Shown here: one piece after another, positions 23,245 to 24,000 of the stretch
How positions within the stretch are numbered: the first letter of the stretch is position 1
Layout of the letters: the number at the start of each line of letters is the position of its first letter
Source of the DNA: Propionibacteriaceae bacterium
Lineage (GTDB): Bacteria; Actinomycetota; Actinomycetes; Propionibacteriales; Propionibacteriaceae
Length of the DNA stretch: 24,000 nucleotides
NCBI GenBank assembly: GCA_044508675.1
Contig: JBIQHF010000012.1
Coordinates: 19,255-43,254, forward strand
Direction: 5' to 3'
Notes under the pieces: generated by a model
Databases searched by the model: none
What the model was told of the DNA's origin: nothing
What the model saw: only the letters and a program-made list of their open reading frames with translations
Position numbers and translations under genes: made by a program

Positions 23245-24000
23245 ATGGACCTGAAACGCGTGGACCTCAACCTGCTGGTGGCGCTGGATGCCCTGCTGTC
23301 GGAGCGCAGCGTCACCCGTGCCGCGGAGCGGCTCTCGGTCGGGCAGTCGGCGATGAGCTCGACCCTGGGCCGGCTGCGCAAGCTGCTCGACGACCCCGTG
23401 CTGGTCCGGGACGGGCGCGCTCTGGTGCCGACCCCGTTGGGTGCTTCCCTGGAGGTGCCGGTCCGCCGTGTACTGGCCGACGTGGAGCGGGTGCTGTCCA
23501 GTGCCGACGGCTTCGATCCGGCCGTCGACGAGCGGACCTTCACCGTGCTGGCCAGCGACTTCGTGGTGATGACCTTCCTGCAGCCCCTGTTGGTGCGGCT
23601 GTCCGAGGAGGCCCCGAACGTACGCTTCAACATCCACCCGCCCACTGAGTCCTTCGTCGACGAGCTGCGCCGCAGCCGGGTCGATGCCGTGGTCGTGCCC
23701 AAGGAGGCGGTGCCCGGGTACCGCAGCTTCCGCAACCAGGTGCTGTTCCGGGACCGGTACGTGTGCGTGGTCGACAAGAACAACCCGGAGGTCAACGGCA
23801 CGGTCACCATCGAACAGCTCAGCACCCTGCCCTACCTGGCCTGGGGGTCGGCGGGGCTGCCCTCGCTGGTGGAGCTGCGGCTGGACGGGCTGGGGGTCGA
23901 GCGGCGGACCGAGCTGATCACCACGATGGGCATCACCCCGTTCGTGGTGCGAGGGACACCGCTGCTGTCGATCATCCCGTCGCGCCTGGCCGACTACCCG
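23245..24000 (+). CDS. LysR-family transcriptional regulator (3' end beyond window)
   Basis: My own translation gives MDLKRVDLNLLVALDALLSERSVTRAAERLSVGQSAMSSTLGRLRKLLDDPVLVRDGRALVPTPLG..., a classical LysR winged-HTH followed by a substrate-binding domain. It is open in frame to position 24000. It is absent from the ORF track only because no stop lies in the window. Divergent from the catabolic operon. Confidence 0.9.
   Translation, partial: MDLKRVDLNLLVALDALLSERSVTRAAERLSVGQSAMSSTLGRLRKLLDDPVLVRDGRALVPTPLGASLEVPVRRVLADVERVLSSADGFDPAVDERTFTVLASDFVVMTFLQPLLVRLSEEAPNVRFNIHPPTESFVDELRRSRVDAVVVPKEAVPGYRSFRNQVLFRDRYVCVVDKNNPEVNGTVTIEQLSTLPYLAWGSAGLPSLVELRLDGLGVERRTELITTMGITPFVVRGTPLLSIIPSRLADYP

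Noticed and set aside
1-24000. Looked for CRISPR arrays, tRNA/rRNA genes, integrase/att sites, toxin-antitoxin pairs and known defence-system signatures (ATPase/nuclease/reverse-transcriptase combinations)
   Set aside because: No regularly spaced repeats, no cloverleaf-like or rRNA-like sequence, and no such gene combinations were seen. Apart from the TnpB element the window looks like core metabolic and membrane-function DNA.

Overview
High-GC, densely coding chromosomal segment that looks actinobacterial from codon bias, leaderless-type promoters and gene content. (1) 1-5343: distal part of an mrp/mnh multisubunit cation:proton antiporter operon, mrpA (with fused B domain)-C-D-E-F-G. All junctions overlap by 1-4 nt. 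(2) 5392-8476: a CPBP-family intramembrane protease and a TIGR03960-type B12-binding radical SAM gene. Its usual partner gene (TIGR03936/DUF2344, 11108-11815) lies 2.6 kb downstream, displaced by an opposite-strand SRPBCC + NAD-malic-enzyme pair and a heavily structured divergent control region. (3) 11840-15583, minus strand: an ABC ATPase / ABC-2 permease / heme A synthase (ctaA) operon. It is split exactly at the ATPase-permease junction by a ~1.35 kb TnpB-only IS200/IS605-type element (13516-14867). The element has recognisable bulged LE/RE hairpins, an intact RuvC/Zn-finger TnpB and a structured 3' region expected to encode its omega-RNA. (4) 15677-23083, minus strand: a tightly packed seven-gene operon divergently paired with a LysR regulator (23245 to beyond 24000). 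It encodes an extradiol ring-cleavage dioxygenase, an ornithine cyclodeaminase/mu-crystallin homologue, a DHDPS/NAL-family lyase, two highly similar GabD-like aldehyde dehydrogenases, a small VOC protein, and an alpha/beta-fold protein whose nucleophile Ser appears replaced by Gly. This gene combination matches no canonical meta-cleavage pathway I know, so it is my best candidate for an undescribed (catabolic) system. The TnpB element is the best candidate for an active RNA-guided system. I saw no rRNA, tRNA or CRISPR array and no clear defence island. All family calls come from motif and architecture recognition by eye; no searches or folding programs were run, and coordinates of RNA and regulatory elements are approximate.
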